A stretch of 61,756 nt of DNA, filler included, from 4 parts of 4 records of this genome joined end to end with filler, not necessarily neighbours in it; one strand, 5' to 3'; counted from the first letter of the whole stretch, positions 43,456-53,799 are shown. Numbers and translations: made by a program. Notes: generated by a model from the letters alone, not told the origin.

Positions 43456-44802
43456 ATGTTAGAATATTTCAAATCATATATTCCATTTTATCGACGCAAT
43501 TTAGCCGTTGCTATTCCAGTAGTGCTATCGCAAGCCGGACAAATGACAGTACAACTTGCAGATAATATGATGGTTGGCCACGTAGGAACTTCTGAACTTG
43601 CTGCTGCGTCATTTGCCAATTCAATTTACATCGTTGGTTTTGTAATAGGATTAGGTTTAACATTTGGATCAACTCCAATAGTAGGTGCCGCGTTTGGAAA
43701 GAATGATTTTCGCGGAGCAGCTTCCATGTTACACCATTCATTTATAGGCAATGCCATTGTATCATTAATTTTGGTGGCGTCTATGTGGGGAGTATCATAT
43801 TTAATGCCCTATATGGGTCAGCCTGAAAGTGTTGTAAAATTAGCTATTCCTTATTATCGGATATTGGTGATTAGTATTATTCCATTTATGTTGTTTTTTA
43901 CAGGCAAACAGTTTATTGAAGGTTTAGGCAACACAAAAATGGCTATGAACATAACATTAATAGCCAACGTCATTAATATAGGTTTAAATTATGCATGGAT
44001 ATATGGTAAATTAGGATTCCCAGCATTAGGATTAAATGGTGCAGGATATGCAACACTAGTTTCGAGAGCTATTATGGCAATTGCTTTTGCCTGGTTTATG
44101 GTTAAGCATACTCAATTTCGAAAATACTTCTATCTAATTGATTTAAAACAGTTTAAGCTAAGTGAAGTAAGCTTATTTTTCAGAACCGGATTACCTATTG
44201 GTTTACAAATGCTTGCAGAGGTTACCCTATTTGCATTAGCTGCAGTTATGATGGGCTGGATTGGAGAAGTCCCACTTGCAGCTCATCAAATTGCAATTAA
44301 TGTCAGCATGATATCATTTATGATTGCCACAGGTGTAGCTTCAGGAACAACCATACGTGTTAGTCACCAATTAGGAGCAGGCAACTTTCTGGAAATGCGT
44401 AAAGCCGGAATTGCCTCATTACATTTAATAATAGCTTTTATGAGCGCTACAGCTATTTTATTTTTTGCTTTCCGGTATCAATTACCATGGATGTTTACAA
44501 CCGATAAAGCTGTAATTGATGCAGCCGCACAACTATTAATCTTTTCTGCCATATTCCAAATATTTGATGGTTCACAGGTCGTTTTATTAGGGTCATTAAG
44601 AGGACTGGCTGATGTAAATAAAGCTTTCTGGCTAGCATTTATAACCTATTTAATCATTGGAGTTCCTTTTATTTACATTATGGGATTTATTTTAGACTTA
44701 AAAGGTGCTGGAATATGGACAGGTTTAGCATTATCTCTGGCCATAGCTGCTGTTTTCTTTTATTTTAGGTTTAAAAGAAAGTGTAAGTTGGTGGAGAAAT
44801 GA
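43456..44802 (+). CDS. MATE family efflux transporter (NorM-like)
   Basis: ADNMMVGH, GLNGAGYAT, GLPIG, LAAHQIA, FQIFDG; about 12 TMs. Confidence 0.94.
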   Translation: MLEYFKSYIPFYRRNLAVAIPVVLSQAGQMTVQLADNMMVGHVGTSELAAASFANSIYIVGFVIGLGLTFGSTPIVGAAFGKNDFRGAASMLHHSFIGNAIVSLILVASMWGVSYLMPYMGQPESVVKLAIPYYRILVISIIPFMLFFTGKQFIEGLGNTKMAMNITLIANVINIGLNYAWIYGKLGFPALGLNGAGYATLVSRAIMAIAFAWFMVKHTQFRKYFYLIDLKQFKLSEVSLFFRTGLPIGLQMLAEVTLFALAAVMMGWIGEVPLAAHQIAINVSMISFMIATGVASGTTIRVSHQLGAGNFLEMRKAGIASLHLIIAFMSATAILFFAFRYQLPWMFTTDKAVIDAAAQLLIFSAIFQIFDGSQVVLLGSLRGLADVNKAFWLAFITYLIIGVPFIYIMGFILDLKGAGIWTGLALSLAIAAVFFYFRFKRKCKLVEK

Positions 44803-44940
44803 TAAAAAAAGATTACTTGAAAACGCTCAGAAGGCCATTGAGTGGCAATTTAGGTTGGGTTGTGGGCATCGAAATGGCCGTTCGTTTCGATGCACGCAAA
44901 TCCATACAGCACAGGCTAATGAACGAACTGATCCGCCAAT

Positions 44941-46545
44941 CTAAAACCCATTCAAATCAAAATAGATGGTTGGCAAAAGCAAAATGAATCCTACCACAAC
45001 TAGTATTAGAATTAATTTCCATATCCACCTGAACCATTTGTCATAAGGAATTTTAGCTATACCCAGGCAACCAATTAATATTCCACTTGTAGGTGTAATC
45101 ATATTGGTAAACCCATCTCCAAATTGGAATGCCAAAACAGTTGTTTGTCTTGAAATCTCAACCAAATCAGAGAATGGAGCCATAATAGGCATAGTCAATG
45201 CTGCTTTAGCAGATCCTGATGGAATTATAATGTTTAGCGCATTCTGTATGGCGTACATAATACCGGTTGTTCCCTCTTTTCCAAACTCTTGCATTGTTTG
45301 AGCCAAGCCATTCATAATTGTATCTACAATTTTTCCATCCTCAAGAATTACAATGATTCCACCTGCTAATCCAACGATAAACGCTGCAGAGAAAATATCC
45401 TTTGCTCCTTCTATAAATTGTTTTGTAATATCATTTGCAGGTTTTCCTGTGGCAATACCGGCTGCAAGACCCATCCCGAAAAATAATGAACCAATTTCCA
45501 TTACATACCAATGGTAGCCCATCACTCCTACAATTAGAAATACAATGGTAAACAGCAATAAATTCAATATATAAAAATGCATTGACTTTCTCAAGGCAAA
45601 AATGGATGATACTATGAATAAGCCAGTTGCAATGGGTAAGGCATTTAATTCGAAAGTTTTTCCTCCAATTGATAAAGTTGATTCCGGATGTACAAACGAG
45701 AAGATTATCAAAGCAGTGGAAACAAGTCCGAAACTAATCCATGAAGCTAAAGGAGTATAGAATTTCATATCATCCATATCAACTTTTTCACGGTTGCGCC
45801 AATATTCGTCAGCTTCATACATTATACTGCTCTTAGGGTTCTTTTTAACTTTGCGAGCATAAAGCAGAATGAATGCAAATCCAATAGCATTAATTACCAA
45901 CCAGCATATCATTCTGTATTCTAATCCGCTGAATATAGGAAGGTCAGATAATCCCTGGGCAATCCCAATGGTGAAAGGGTTTAACATAGCTCCTGCAAAT
46001 CCTAAATGTGCAGCAACGTAAACTAAACTAATACCGACAATAGAATCATATCCCATTGAAATGGCTAATGGAACCAGAATTATAACAAAAGCTATGGTTT
46101 CTTCACTCATCCCAAATATAGCCCCAAAAAGACTAAACATAGTCATTATGAGTAACATCACTATATTATCAACCCCAATCTTACGCAGGAATTTGACCTG
46201 CTCCAATTTCTTGGACCTATTTATAAATGTAATGATACCCACATCAATGGCTTTCGTTGCATTCATAATCCAAAATGCACCACCAATGAGCAATATAAAA
46301 ATGATGATATTAGCTTGCTTTACAAACCCTTTAAATACTGAAGATAAAATATGCCATGTTTGCGGTGCCTGATCTACCCTTTGATATGAATCAGCTACTA
46401 TAGCTGTTTGTGTACTACCATCAGCCATTTCTTTTTGATGCCTTTCAAATTCACCGGCTGGAACAAACCAGGTGGCAATAGCTGAAACAATAACAAAAGC
46501 AAATACAATCACATACGTGTGTGGAATCTGGCGTTTTTTCGACAT
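44941..46545 (-). CDS. YfcC/AbgT-family transporter (possible basic amino acid antiporter)
   Basis: PHTY, GMSEE, NPFTIGIAQG, IPSGS, MPIMAP, FQFGDG, ITPTSG. Confidence 0.9.
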   Translation of the reverse strand: MSKKRQIPHTYVIVFAFVIVSAIATWFVPAGEFERHQKEMADGSTQTAIVADSYQRVDQAPQTWHILSSVFKGFVKQANIIIFILLIGGAFWIMNATKAIDVGIITFINRSKKLEQVKFLRKIGVDNIVMLLIMTMFSLFGAIFGMSEETIAFVIILVPLAISMGYDSIVGISLVYVAAHLGFAGAMLNPFTIGIAQGLSDLPIFSGLEYRMICWLVINAIGFAFILLYARKVKKNPKSSIMYEADEYWRNREKVDMDDMKFYTPLASWISFGLVSTALIIFSFVHPESTLSIGGKTFELNALPIATGLFIVSSIFALRKSMHFYILNLLLFTIVFLIVGVMGYHWYVMEIGSLFFGMGLAAGIATGKPANDITKQFIEGAKDIFSAAFIVGLAGGIIVILEDGKIVDTIMNGLAQTMQEFGKEGTTGIMYAIQNALNIIIPSGSAKAALTMPIMAPFSDLVEISRQTTVLAFQFGDGFTNMITPTSGILIGCLGIAKIPYDKWFRWIWKLILILVVVGFILLLPTIYFDLNGF

Positions 46546-46882
46546 AGCAATTACAATTTTGTTAAGAAACGTCGAAGATATGAATTCTAGGAATTCTAAA
46601 CAATATGTTAAGGAGCAATAATTGCAATATTTTTATAACTAATCTGATTTTCAGGCTAACCTTCAAATAATAAGAAGTTTACAACACAACTTGCAAAATC
46701 ATTCAAATATCTCTATATTTCGATAATCAATTAATTGACTTAGCTACTTTATACATAACTCATATTGTGACACTTAATCGGTAAGTCAATATTAAAACAC
46801 TTTCAAAAAATATTTTATATAAACGAATGAAGTAACGTCAATTATTATTTTTAAATAACGTTTTTTGAATAAAATAAATCCT

Positions 46883-47269
46883 ATGGTACGAATAGCTATT
46901 GCAATTAATAACAATCAAGAAATTCAAAATAAGCATTTTGGGGAAGCAAAATCGTATAAAATATATGACATAAAGCCAAATGCAATAATTCCTGAAACCA
47001 TTATTCAAAACCCATTTTATAATCAGGAAGAGACAGAACATGGTAATATAAATAAAGGAAAAGAAATATCAGAACTTTTACTTAATCAAAAAGTTGAAGC
47101 AGTTGTTTCCATGCAATACGGCAAAAATATTAAAGTAATTAACCAACATTTTGTTCCAATTGAAGCTAAAAATAAATCGATAGACGAAACACTTTCCCAC
47201 TTAAGAGGTTTAGTAGTTGACATTGAAAAAATTATAAAGCAAAACAACAAGGAATTAGTTAAGATTTAA
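46883..47269 (+). CDS. NifB/NifX-family (dinitrogenase FeMo-cofactor-like) protein
   Basis: RIAIA...HFGEA..YKIYD..NP and KVEAVVS..YG. Confidence 0.75.
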   Translation: MVRIAIAINNNQEIQNKHFGEAKSYKIYDIKPNAIIPETIIQNPFYNQEETEHGNINKGKEISELLLNQKVEAVVSMQYGKNIKVINQHFVPIEAKNKSIDETLSHLRGLVVDIEKIIKQNNKELVKI

Positions 47270-48507
47270 TGATTAATAAAAGGGCCTTCGGGGTTTTAAA
47301 CGAAAAAGTTTCATCTGGTAACTTCAATGCCTTTCTTTGGCATGCCACCTTTTTGGCTGTAGCCAAAAACTTTATGGATGTGGATACAGTTATTCCGGCA
47401 ATGTTAATAAAATCCGGAGGATCTGCATGGCATGTAGGACTTTTGACTACTATTTTGGTTGGATTTGCTAAATTTTCTCAATTGTTATTTGCCCCCTTTA
47501 TATCTGGCTCACGAATCAAAAAAAATCATTTATTGGTTGGAATTAATTTAAGAATATTCAGTCTACTCGGTATTGCAGCACTATTCTACTTTTACATAGC
47601 TTTAAGCAGTGGTGCGGTAATCTTTTTGATTTTTTTACTGGTGAGTATCTTTAGTGTTAGTGGAGCCTATGCCAATATTGCATTTACAGACATTTTAGGT
47701 AAAAGTGTATTGAAAGAAAAGCGGAAAAAATTCTTTAGTCTGAGGCAGGTCATTTCAAGCCTGGGGATGTTTGGATCAGCTATCGCGGTAAGTTATGTAT
47801 TAAAACTAAATAGCTGGCCTGAGAACTATTTTTGGGTATTTCTTTTGGCTGCATTGTTTCTTTTAGCCGCATCTGGAGGTTTTTGGAGATTAACAGAAAT
47901 TGTCTCACCCGATCATAAACCAGTCAGATATAGATTTGCTGATTTATGGAAAGAACTTAAAATAAACAATAAACTAATCTTTTACCTGTTAAGCATCAAT
48001 GTATTGGGTTTAGGCCAGGGATTAATGCCTTTTTTATTGCTTTTTGCAGGCAATCACAACCTCGAGGTCTCAAAATACGTTGGGGATCTTTTAATTGCAA
48101 AAACAATAGGTCTCATCGTCTCTGGCTTATTTCTTTATTATAGATCTAACCAGGTATCATATCGGAAAATGTTATGGGTATTATTAATAGTTGCCCTAAT
48201 ATACCCGGTTTGGGCATGGTTATTTTCAGACAATATATGGTTTTATTATATTTCATTTTTTCTCGGAGGAATATTTTTAACACTATATCAAATAACTAAT
48301 AACGGAGTGCTGTTGGAAATATCAAATACACAAAATCGGGCATTATACACAGGTATTGCAGGTGCTGGCAACGTATTACCAGTTTTATTTCCGCTACTTG
48401 GAGGAAGTTTAATTGCAATTATTGGCTTCCATTCCTTTTTTGGTTTATATGCATTGCTTACCTTAACAGGATTATATTTTATATATAAAATGGATTGTAA
48501 AAAATGA
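47269..48507 (+). CDS. MFS transporter
   Basis: About 12 TMs; DILGK....KRKKFFSLR; stop/start overlap with the upstream gene. Confidence 0.82.
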   Translation: MINKRAFGVLNEKVSSGNFNAFLWHATFLAVAKNFMDVDTVIPAMLIKSGGSAWHVGLLTTILVGFAKFSQLLFAPFISGSRIKKNHLLVGINLRIFSLLGIAALFYFYIALSSGAVIFLIFLLVSIFSVSGAYANIAFTDILGKSVLKEKRKKFFSLRQVISSLGMFGSAIAVSYVLKLNSWPENYFWVFLLAALFLLAASGGFWRLTEIVSPDHKPVRYRFADLWKELKINNKLIFYLLSINVLGLGQGLMPFLLLFAGNHNLEVSKYVGDLLIAKTIGLIVSGLFLYYRSNQVSYRKMLWVLLIVALIYPVWAWLFSDNIWFYYISFFLGGIFLTLYQITNNGVLLEISNTQNRALYTGIAGAGNVLPVLFPLLGGSLIAIIGFHSFFGLYALLTLTGLYFIYKMDCKK

Positions 48508-48511
48508 TCTT

Positions 48512-48922
48512 ATGAAATTATTATTGATTTACGCAGAAAAATTTGGATATACACCAACTACAAAAACCATTGATAGCTTCCCTGATTTCAATGAAAGTCA
48601 ATCATTTGAAAACGTTCAAACTGCATTTATACAAGCTGAAGCTGAAGATATTGAGCGTGAAGGTGATGTAATTAAGAAGCTCGTTAAAAACCTGAAATGG
48701 ATCATGAAAAAGAATGAAGCGCAAACGCTTATCCTTCATTCATTTGCGCATTTATCTGAAAGTAAAGCTGAGCCAGCGTTTACAAAATCAATTTTTGATA
48801 AAGCCGAAGAAAAAATGAAGAATGTTGGATATGAAGTACATCAAACACCTTTTGGGTATTTCCTTGACTTAAAACTAGATGCTCCCGGATATTCTTTAGC
48901 CCGAGTTTTCAAGGATATTTAA
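48512..48922 (+). CDS. free-standing archaeal-type threonyl-tRNA synthetase editing domain (DTD-like fold)
   Basis: MKLLLIY, AE.ED, HSFAHLS, PFGY, G..LA motifs resembling the archaeal ThrRS N-terminal editing domain (YPFAHLS, APFGYYK, GHPLAE). Confidence 0.82.
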   Translation: MKLLLIYAEKFGYTPTTKTIDSFPDFNESQSFENVQTAFIQAEAEDIEREGDVIKKLVKNLKWIMKKNEAQTLILHSFAHLSESKAEPAFTKSIFDKAEEKMKNVGYEVHQTPFGYFLDLKLDAPGYSLARVFKDI

Positions 48923-48932
48923 ACTTTTGAAA

Positions 48933-49727
48933 ATGAAAAGAACCGTTTTAATTACTGGATCAACAGATGGTATTGGAAAGCAAACTGCTTTAAGAGTTGC
49001 ACAGAGAGGTAATAAAGTCATATTACATGGTAGGAATCAACAAATTGGAATAGAATTAAAGGATCAATTAATTAAGCAAACCAATAATCCTAGTATTGAG
49101 TATATAAATGCTGACTTTACCAGCTTTTCAGAAATTGAAGGAATGGTTGAAGTGCTTTTAGTAAAACGGTTAATTCCTCATATTTTGATTAATAATGCGG
49201 GAGTTTATGAACCTAATTACTCTGCAGTTACGGAAAAAAATATTGAAAAGACATTCATGATCAATCATCTTGCACATTTTTACCTAACTTATCTCCTATT
49301 GCCTCTTATGGAAGAAAAAGGCCAACCAAATATTGTGAATGTTGCAAGCATGGTTCATGCACGAAAAATTGATTTAAATGATATTGTGAATCCATCTAAT
49401 TACAATGGCAGTGAGGCTTATAGTAATTCAAAACTTTGTAACATTCTCTTTACAAAAAAATTGGTTCGTGAAAATCCCAGAATTATTAGTAATGCGCTAC
49501 ACCCCGGTGTGATTGATACTAAATTGCTCCGATCTGGTTGGGGAGGTGGAGGATCTGATCTAAATTCAGGTGCTGACCAATTGTTATACGGTGCTTTTGA
49601 AATTCCAAATGATATAAGCGCCAAATATCTTGAATACTCTAATGAGGCATCTCCTGCCCCTGTTGCTAATGATGAAAAGGTTCAGGACGATTTGTTTCAA
49701 TTAAGCATGGACTTAATACCTAAGTAA
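48933..49727 (+). CDS. short-chain dehydrogenase/reductase
   Basis: TGSTDGIG, NNAG, YSNSK (YxxxK), HPG. Confidence 0.93.
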   Translation: MKRTVLITGSTDGIGKQTALRVAQRGNKVILHGRNQQIGIELKDQLIKQTNNPSIEYINADFTSFSEIEGMVEVLLVKRLIPHILINNAGVYEPNYSAVTEKNIEKTFMINHLAHFYLTYLLLPLMEEKGQPNIVNVASMVHARKIDLNDIVNPSNYNGSEAYSNSKLCNILFTKKLVRENPRIISNALHPGVIDTKLLRSGWGGGGSDLNSGADQLLYGAFEIPNDISAKYLEYSNEASPAPVANDEKVQDDLFQLSMDLIPK

Positions 49728-49979
49728 ATTCTCAAATTAGAATTTAAGCTCCCTTAAAAGTATTTTTTTCTCACTTAAAATAAAATACTTTCAGCTCCTA
49801 AAATCCTAGACATCAATACTTACCTATCACTTTAACATATATCAATTATTAGATAATTGCTGTTTGGTTACATCAAATTGTTGTTTGTCGAAAAAAGTTG
49901 GTCAAACTAACCGCAATTCTAATTTCGTGTAGATTTTTAAAGCGATAAATGTTAACCAACAAATTTCAAAATCACAATT

Positions 49980-52206
49980 ATGAAACGATTTTTAACTTCA
50001 ATGCTGGTTCTTACCTTTCTTTTCTCTATGGCCAGCGCTACTGGCACTCAGTGGCAAACGCTTGATAAACAAGCAAAAAGTACAAAAACCAACATTAAAC
50101 TGGTTCAGGACAATCCTAATCACTTGCGATTAGAATTTGACTTTAATGCGTATAGCATTGAAAACGTAAACACCCCCAAAGGTACAGCTCAGCTTATCAA
50201 CATCCCAAATTGTACACGCACCAAAATCAAAGGTGCACCTGATTTGCCAAAGATTTCTCAGGCATTGGCCATCCCAAATGATGCTAAAATGACTGTGAAT
50301 GTAATCAAATCAAGATTTATTGAATTGGATAATATCTTAATGGCTCCATCAAAAGGTGTGATGTCAAGAGACAAAAAAACAACTGATTATCCTTATGAAT
50401 TTGGTGCAGTTTACGGAATAAATGCCTTCTACCCATCAATGAAAGCTGACTTAAATGAACCATATATAGTTCGTAATGTGAGGGGTCAGACAGTAATTGT
50501 GAATCCTGTACAATATAACCCTGTAACTAAAAAGGTTCGTATTTATACAAATATTGTTGTAGATGTAATTGCTGAAGGTGTTGATACAAAAAATATACAT
50601 ACTCCAAATTCAGCAGTTGCCAATGATGCGGTTTATAATAGTGTACTAACCAACCACTTTATAAATTACAATGAGTCTTTTGACAAGTATTCACCAATAT
50701 CAGAAGATGGTAAAAAAATGCTGATTGTGTCATATGGTAGTTTCATGGATGAAATGGAAGCCTTTAAAAGCTGGAAAGAATCAATTGGTTATACTGTAAC
50801 TATGGTTGATTATGCTACTATTGGAAGTTCATCATCATTAAAAACATATGTACAAAATCAATATGATCAGAATGGTATCAGTTATTTACTATTAGTTGGA
50901 GATCATGCACAAGTACCTGCTTACAATGCATCCTCTGGTTATTCTGATAACTATTACGGTTACACTTCGGGAAATGATCACTATTTAGATTTATTTGTAG
51001 GTCGATTCTCAGCTAGTACCACTGCAGATTTACAAACACAAATAGACCGTACAATCTATTATGAAAAAGATGTTAGTCCTTCAGCCACCTGGTTCAAAAA
51101 AGGAGTTGGTATTGCATCAAATGAAGGTGGAGCTGGTGGTGATGATGGTGAAGATGATGAAACTCACATGAATAATATCGAATATGATTTGGAAGGTTAT
51201 GGTTATACTATCAACCGTGTTTATCAGGATGGTGGTTCTGCCTCTCAACTTTCTTCATTAATCAATGCAGGGACAGGCATTATTAACTATGTAGGTCATG
51301 GAAGTGATTACACATGGGCTTCAATGGTTTATACACAATCAAATGTAAATGCATTAACTAATGAAAATAAGCTTCCATTCATTTTTTCAGTAGCTTGTGT
51401 AGTAGGTAACTTTACAAGCAAAACTTGTTTTGCTGAAACATGGATGAGAGCAACAAATAATGGAAATCCAACAGGTGCAATTGTATTTTGCGGATCAACA
51501 ATCAACCAGTCATGGGCCTCTCCTATGTGTGCTCAAGATGAAATGAATGATCTTTTAGTAGCCAATAGCTATATCAATTACGGAGGAGTATTCGTAAACG
51601 GTATGTTCCAAATGATCGATGAGTACGGTACTGATGGTAATAATATGGCTGATACCTGGACTGTATTTGGTGATCCTTCAGTACAAATGCGTACACCTGG
51701 ACACCCTGATGGTCCTGATTCAGGTCCGGTTGAGGAGCCTCCAGTAGCTGACTTTAGCGCAAGTACTACAACTATCACTGAAGGTGATGCTGTAACTTTT
51801 ACAAGTACTTCTACAAATAGCCCAACAAGTTTATCATGGTCGTTTGCAGGTGGCAGCCCATCTACAAGTACTTCTTCAAGCCCAACTGTAACCTATAATA
51901 CAGCTGGTACTTATCAAGTTTCTCTTACTGCAACAAATGCATACGGTAGTGATACTGAAACTAAAAATGCTTACATAACTGTACAAGAATATGTACCTAC
52001 ATATTGTACATCTCAGGGTAACGATGCTTCATACGAATGGATTTCAAAAGTTGATATAGGTACATTCACAAACAGCTCAGGTGGTGCCAGTTATACTGAT
52101 TTCACATCACAGCAAGTTGAATTAGCTGCTGGCCAGACCTACAACATATCATTAACTCCCGGATTTGGAAGTTCTACATACAATGAGTACTGGAAAATCT
52201 GGATTG
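49980..52206 (+). CDS. gingipain-like C25 cysteine peptidase with propeptide, PKD and GEVED-like domains (3' truncated)
   Basis: Signal peptide; GAPDLP propeptide, YLLLVGD, FVGRF, NYVGHG and SVAC dyad, FGDPS; PVADF..YNTAGTYQVSLT PKD; runs into the spacer. Confidence 0.9.
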
Positions 52207-52306
52207 NNNNNNNNNNNNNNNNNNNNNNNNNNNNNNNNNNNNNNNNNNNNTTAATTAATTAANNNNNNNNNNNNNNNNNNNNNNNNNNNNNNNNNNNNNN
52301 NNNNNN
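52207..52306. other. artificial contig spacer
   Basis: N44-TTAATTAATTAA-N44. Confidence 0.98.
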
Positions 52307-52307
52307 G

Positions 52308-52379
52308 GAGCTGGGGGGCGACCGGATCTTCGATCACCCCCATGAGCTGGCAGAGTTTTTTTGTTCGGGCGGAGGGTGA
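52308..52379 (+). CDS. C-terminal fragment of a gene (possibly HAD-family hydrolase; 5' truncated)
   Basis: Translates ELGGDRIFDHPHELAEFFCSGGG*, resembling the G.D.I.DHP.EL end of HAD phosphatases. Confidence 0.4.
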   Translation, partial: ELGGDRIFDHPHELAEFFCSGGG

Positions 52380-52449
52380 AGAGCGTGAAACCGTCCGATG
52401 GATAAGGTGGAGTTTGTGAAGGTAAAGCATTCATAAACCGAAGTATTTC

Positions 52450-52495
52450 TTGTACTCCCATGTCAAATGACTGTATAATATAAGTCAGATGACAT
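52450..52495 (+). promoter_or_regulatory. sigma70 promoter with two GTCA-NN-TGAC operators
   Basis: TTGTAC (52450)-18 nt-TATAAT (52474); ATGTCAAATGAC and GTCAGATGACAT flank the -10 box. Confidence 0.7.
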
Positions 52496-52509
52496 AGCGG
52501 AGGATTGGC

Positions 52510-53115
52510 ATGGTTGAAAAGAAATATAAAATCCCGGTTGCTGAGAAGACTATTCCAACCTCGAGATCAAAAAGAGGAATGGAGAGAGACGGTATAGCTA
52601 GCGGATCGGTTGTGTTGTTAAAAAACACGCAAGCTCAGAAGAAATGGAAAGATAGAGTTGAGAAATCTTCAGATAAGCCGCTGCAAGTTCGTGTGAGTGA
52701 TCTACTGGGTTTTACTGTTGTCGAAGGACTGCGGGTAGAACAGGATCGAACGCTGTTTTTTGAAAAGATTTCGGAAAAGCCTCTTCCTTCCATCTCCATA
52801 AAGACACTTCAAAAGAAAATATCTCTATCAAATGATTCGTTTGCCGAGGTCATCGGGATCAGTCCCAGTTCTCTTGCAAGGTATAAGGTCGGAAAAAAGA
52901 TCCCCCAAAAGGTTTCAGAGCCGTTAGTCAAGTTGGCGGAGGTTACTGTTAAAGGGGAGGAGGTCTTTGGATCGGCCGATAAATTTTCAAGGTGGTTTGA
53001 AAGACCGAATAAGCAATTGGATGGAAAGGCTCCTAAAGAACTGCTCTCTACGCATTATGGGCATAACCGTGTAATGACTCTCCTGGGTCGCATTGAGTGG
53101 GGCCTCTTTGCGTAA
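52510..53115 (+). CDS. Xre/MbcA/ParS-type antitoxin
   Basis: IGISPSSLARY HTH; VFG...WFERPN..LDGKAPKELL....G...V..LLGRIEWG; GGAGG RBS. Confidence 0.9.
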   Translation: MVEKKYKIPVAEKTIPTSRSKRGMERDGIASGSVVLLKNTQAQKKWKDRVEKSSDKPLQVRVSDLLGFTVVEGLRVEQDRTLFFEKISEKPLPSISIKTLQKKISLSNDSFAEVIGISPSSLARYKVGKKIPQKVSEPLVKLAEVTVKGEEVFGSADKFSRWFERPNKQLDGKAPKELLSTHYGHNRVMTLLGRIEWGLFA

Positions 53116-53546
53116 TGCATGTGTATCGCTTAACCGGAGGGACTCATGCCGATGATCTTAGCGGTCAGGGAGCGTGGTTGTACGGGGGACGTTGGAATAA
53201 TGCCGGAACCAGAATGATTTATACAGGAAGTACATTGTCACTCTGTGCTTGCGAAGTATTCGTTCATCTTGATAAAGATGAAATTCCGGATAATATGGTT
53301 GCCGTAACATATGAGATCCCAGATCGTGAATATTATCCTGAAAGCTCTATTGAACCTGATGATTCTTCCACCGCTATGTATGGTGATCAGTGGGTAGAAA
53401 GCGGTAGCTCTCTGACACTGCATGTAAAATCCATAGTTATTCGTTCAGAATATAATATCCTGATAAATCCTGCTCACCCGGATGTGAGTTCGGTTCGAAT
53501 AGTTGATATTTCCCCTTTCTCCTTTGATAATCGTTTTTTCAGTTAA
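53115..53546 (+). CDS. RES-domain toxin (NAD+ phosphorylase family)
   Basis: VYR, LSGQGA...GGRWN, YT, E.FVH, V.S, EYNILINP.HPD, FD.R; TAATG overlap with the antitoxin. Confidence 0.93.
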   Translation: MHVYRLTGGTHADDLSGQGAWLYGGRWNNAGTRMIYTGSTLSLCACEVFVHLDKDEIPDNMVAVTYEIPDREYYPESSIEPDDSSTAMYGDQWVESGSSLTLHVKSIVIRSEYNILINPAHPDVSSVRIVDISPFSFDNRFFS

Positions 53547-53660
53547 TAATCTGAAAGCATCAGTCCGGCATTTTATGCGAGGAAAAGGGTTTATTCTATT
53601 TCCGCTTGTATGTAGACGCCTGTTTCTGCTCTATGAAAATAGCCTGAATAAAAATTACAC

Positions 53661-53708
53661 TTGACTGCTGTGGGGAACCATGGCATTATCAAAGTGTAAG
53701 CGCTTACA
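53661..53708 (+). promoter_or_regulatory. sigma70 promoter and LacI-type operator of the sulfatase operon
   Basis: TTGACT-17 nt-CATTAT with extended TG; perfect palindrome TGTAAGCGCTTACA at 53695-53708. Confidence 0.8.
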
Positions 53709-53799
53709 GTATTAGGCAATTATGTTGTGAGTGGTTTTGTTTTAAATATCTTCAATACAAGATGATAAATAAGTGGTAGCGTTATGATAGGAGTGGGGT

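Noticed and set aside
46883-47269. Nitrogen fixation locus
   Set aside because: A lone NifX-family domain with no nifHDK or nifEN; the family is common in non-diazotrophs.
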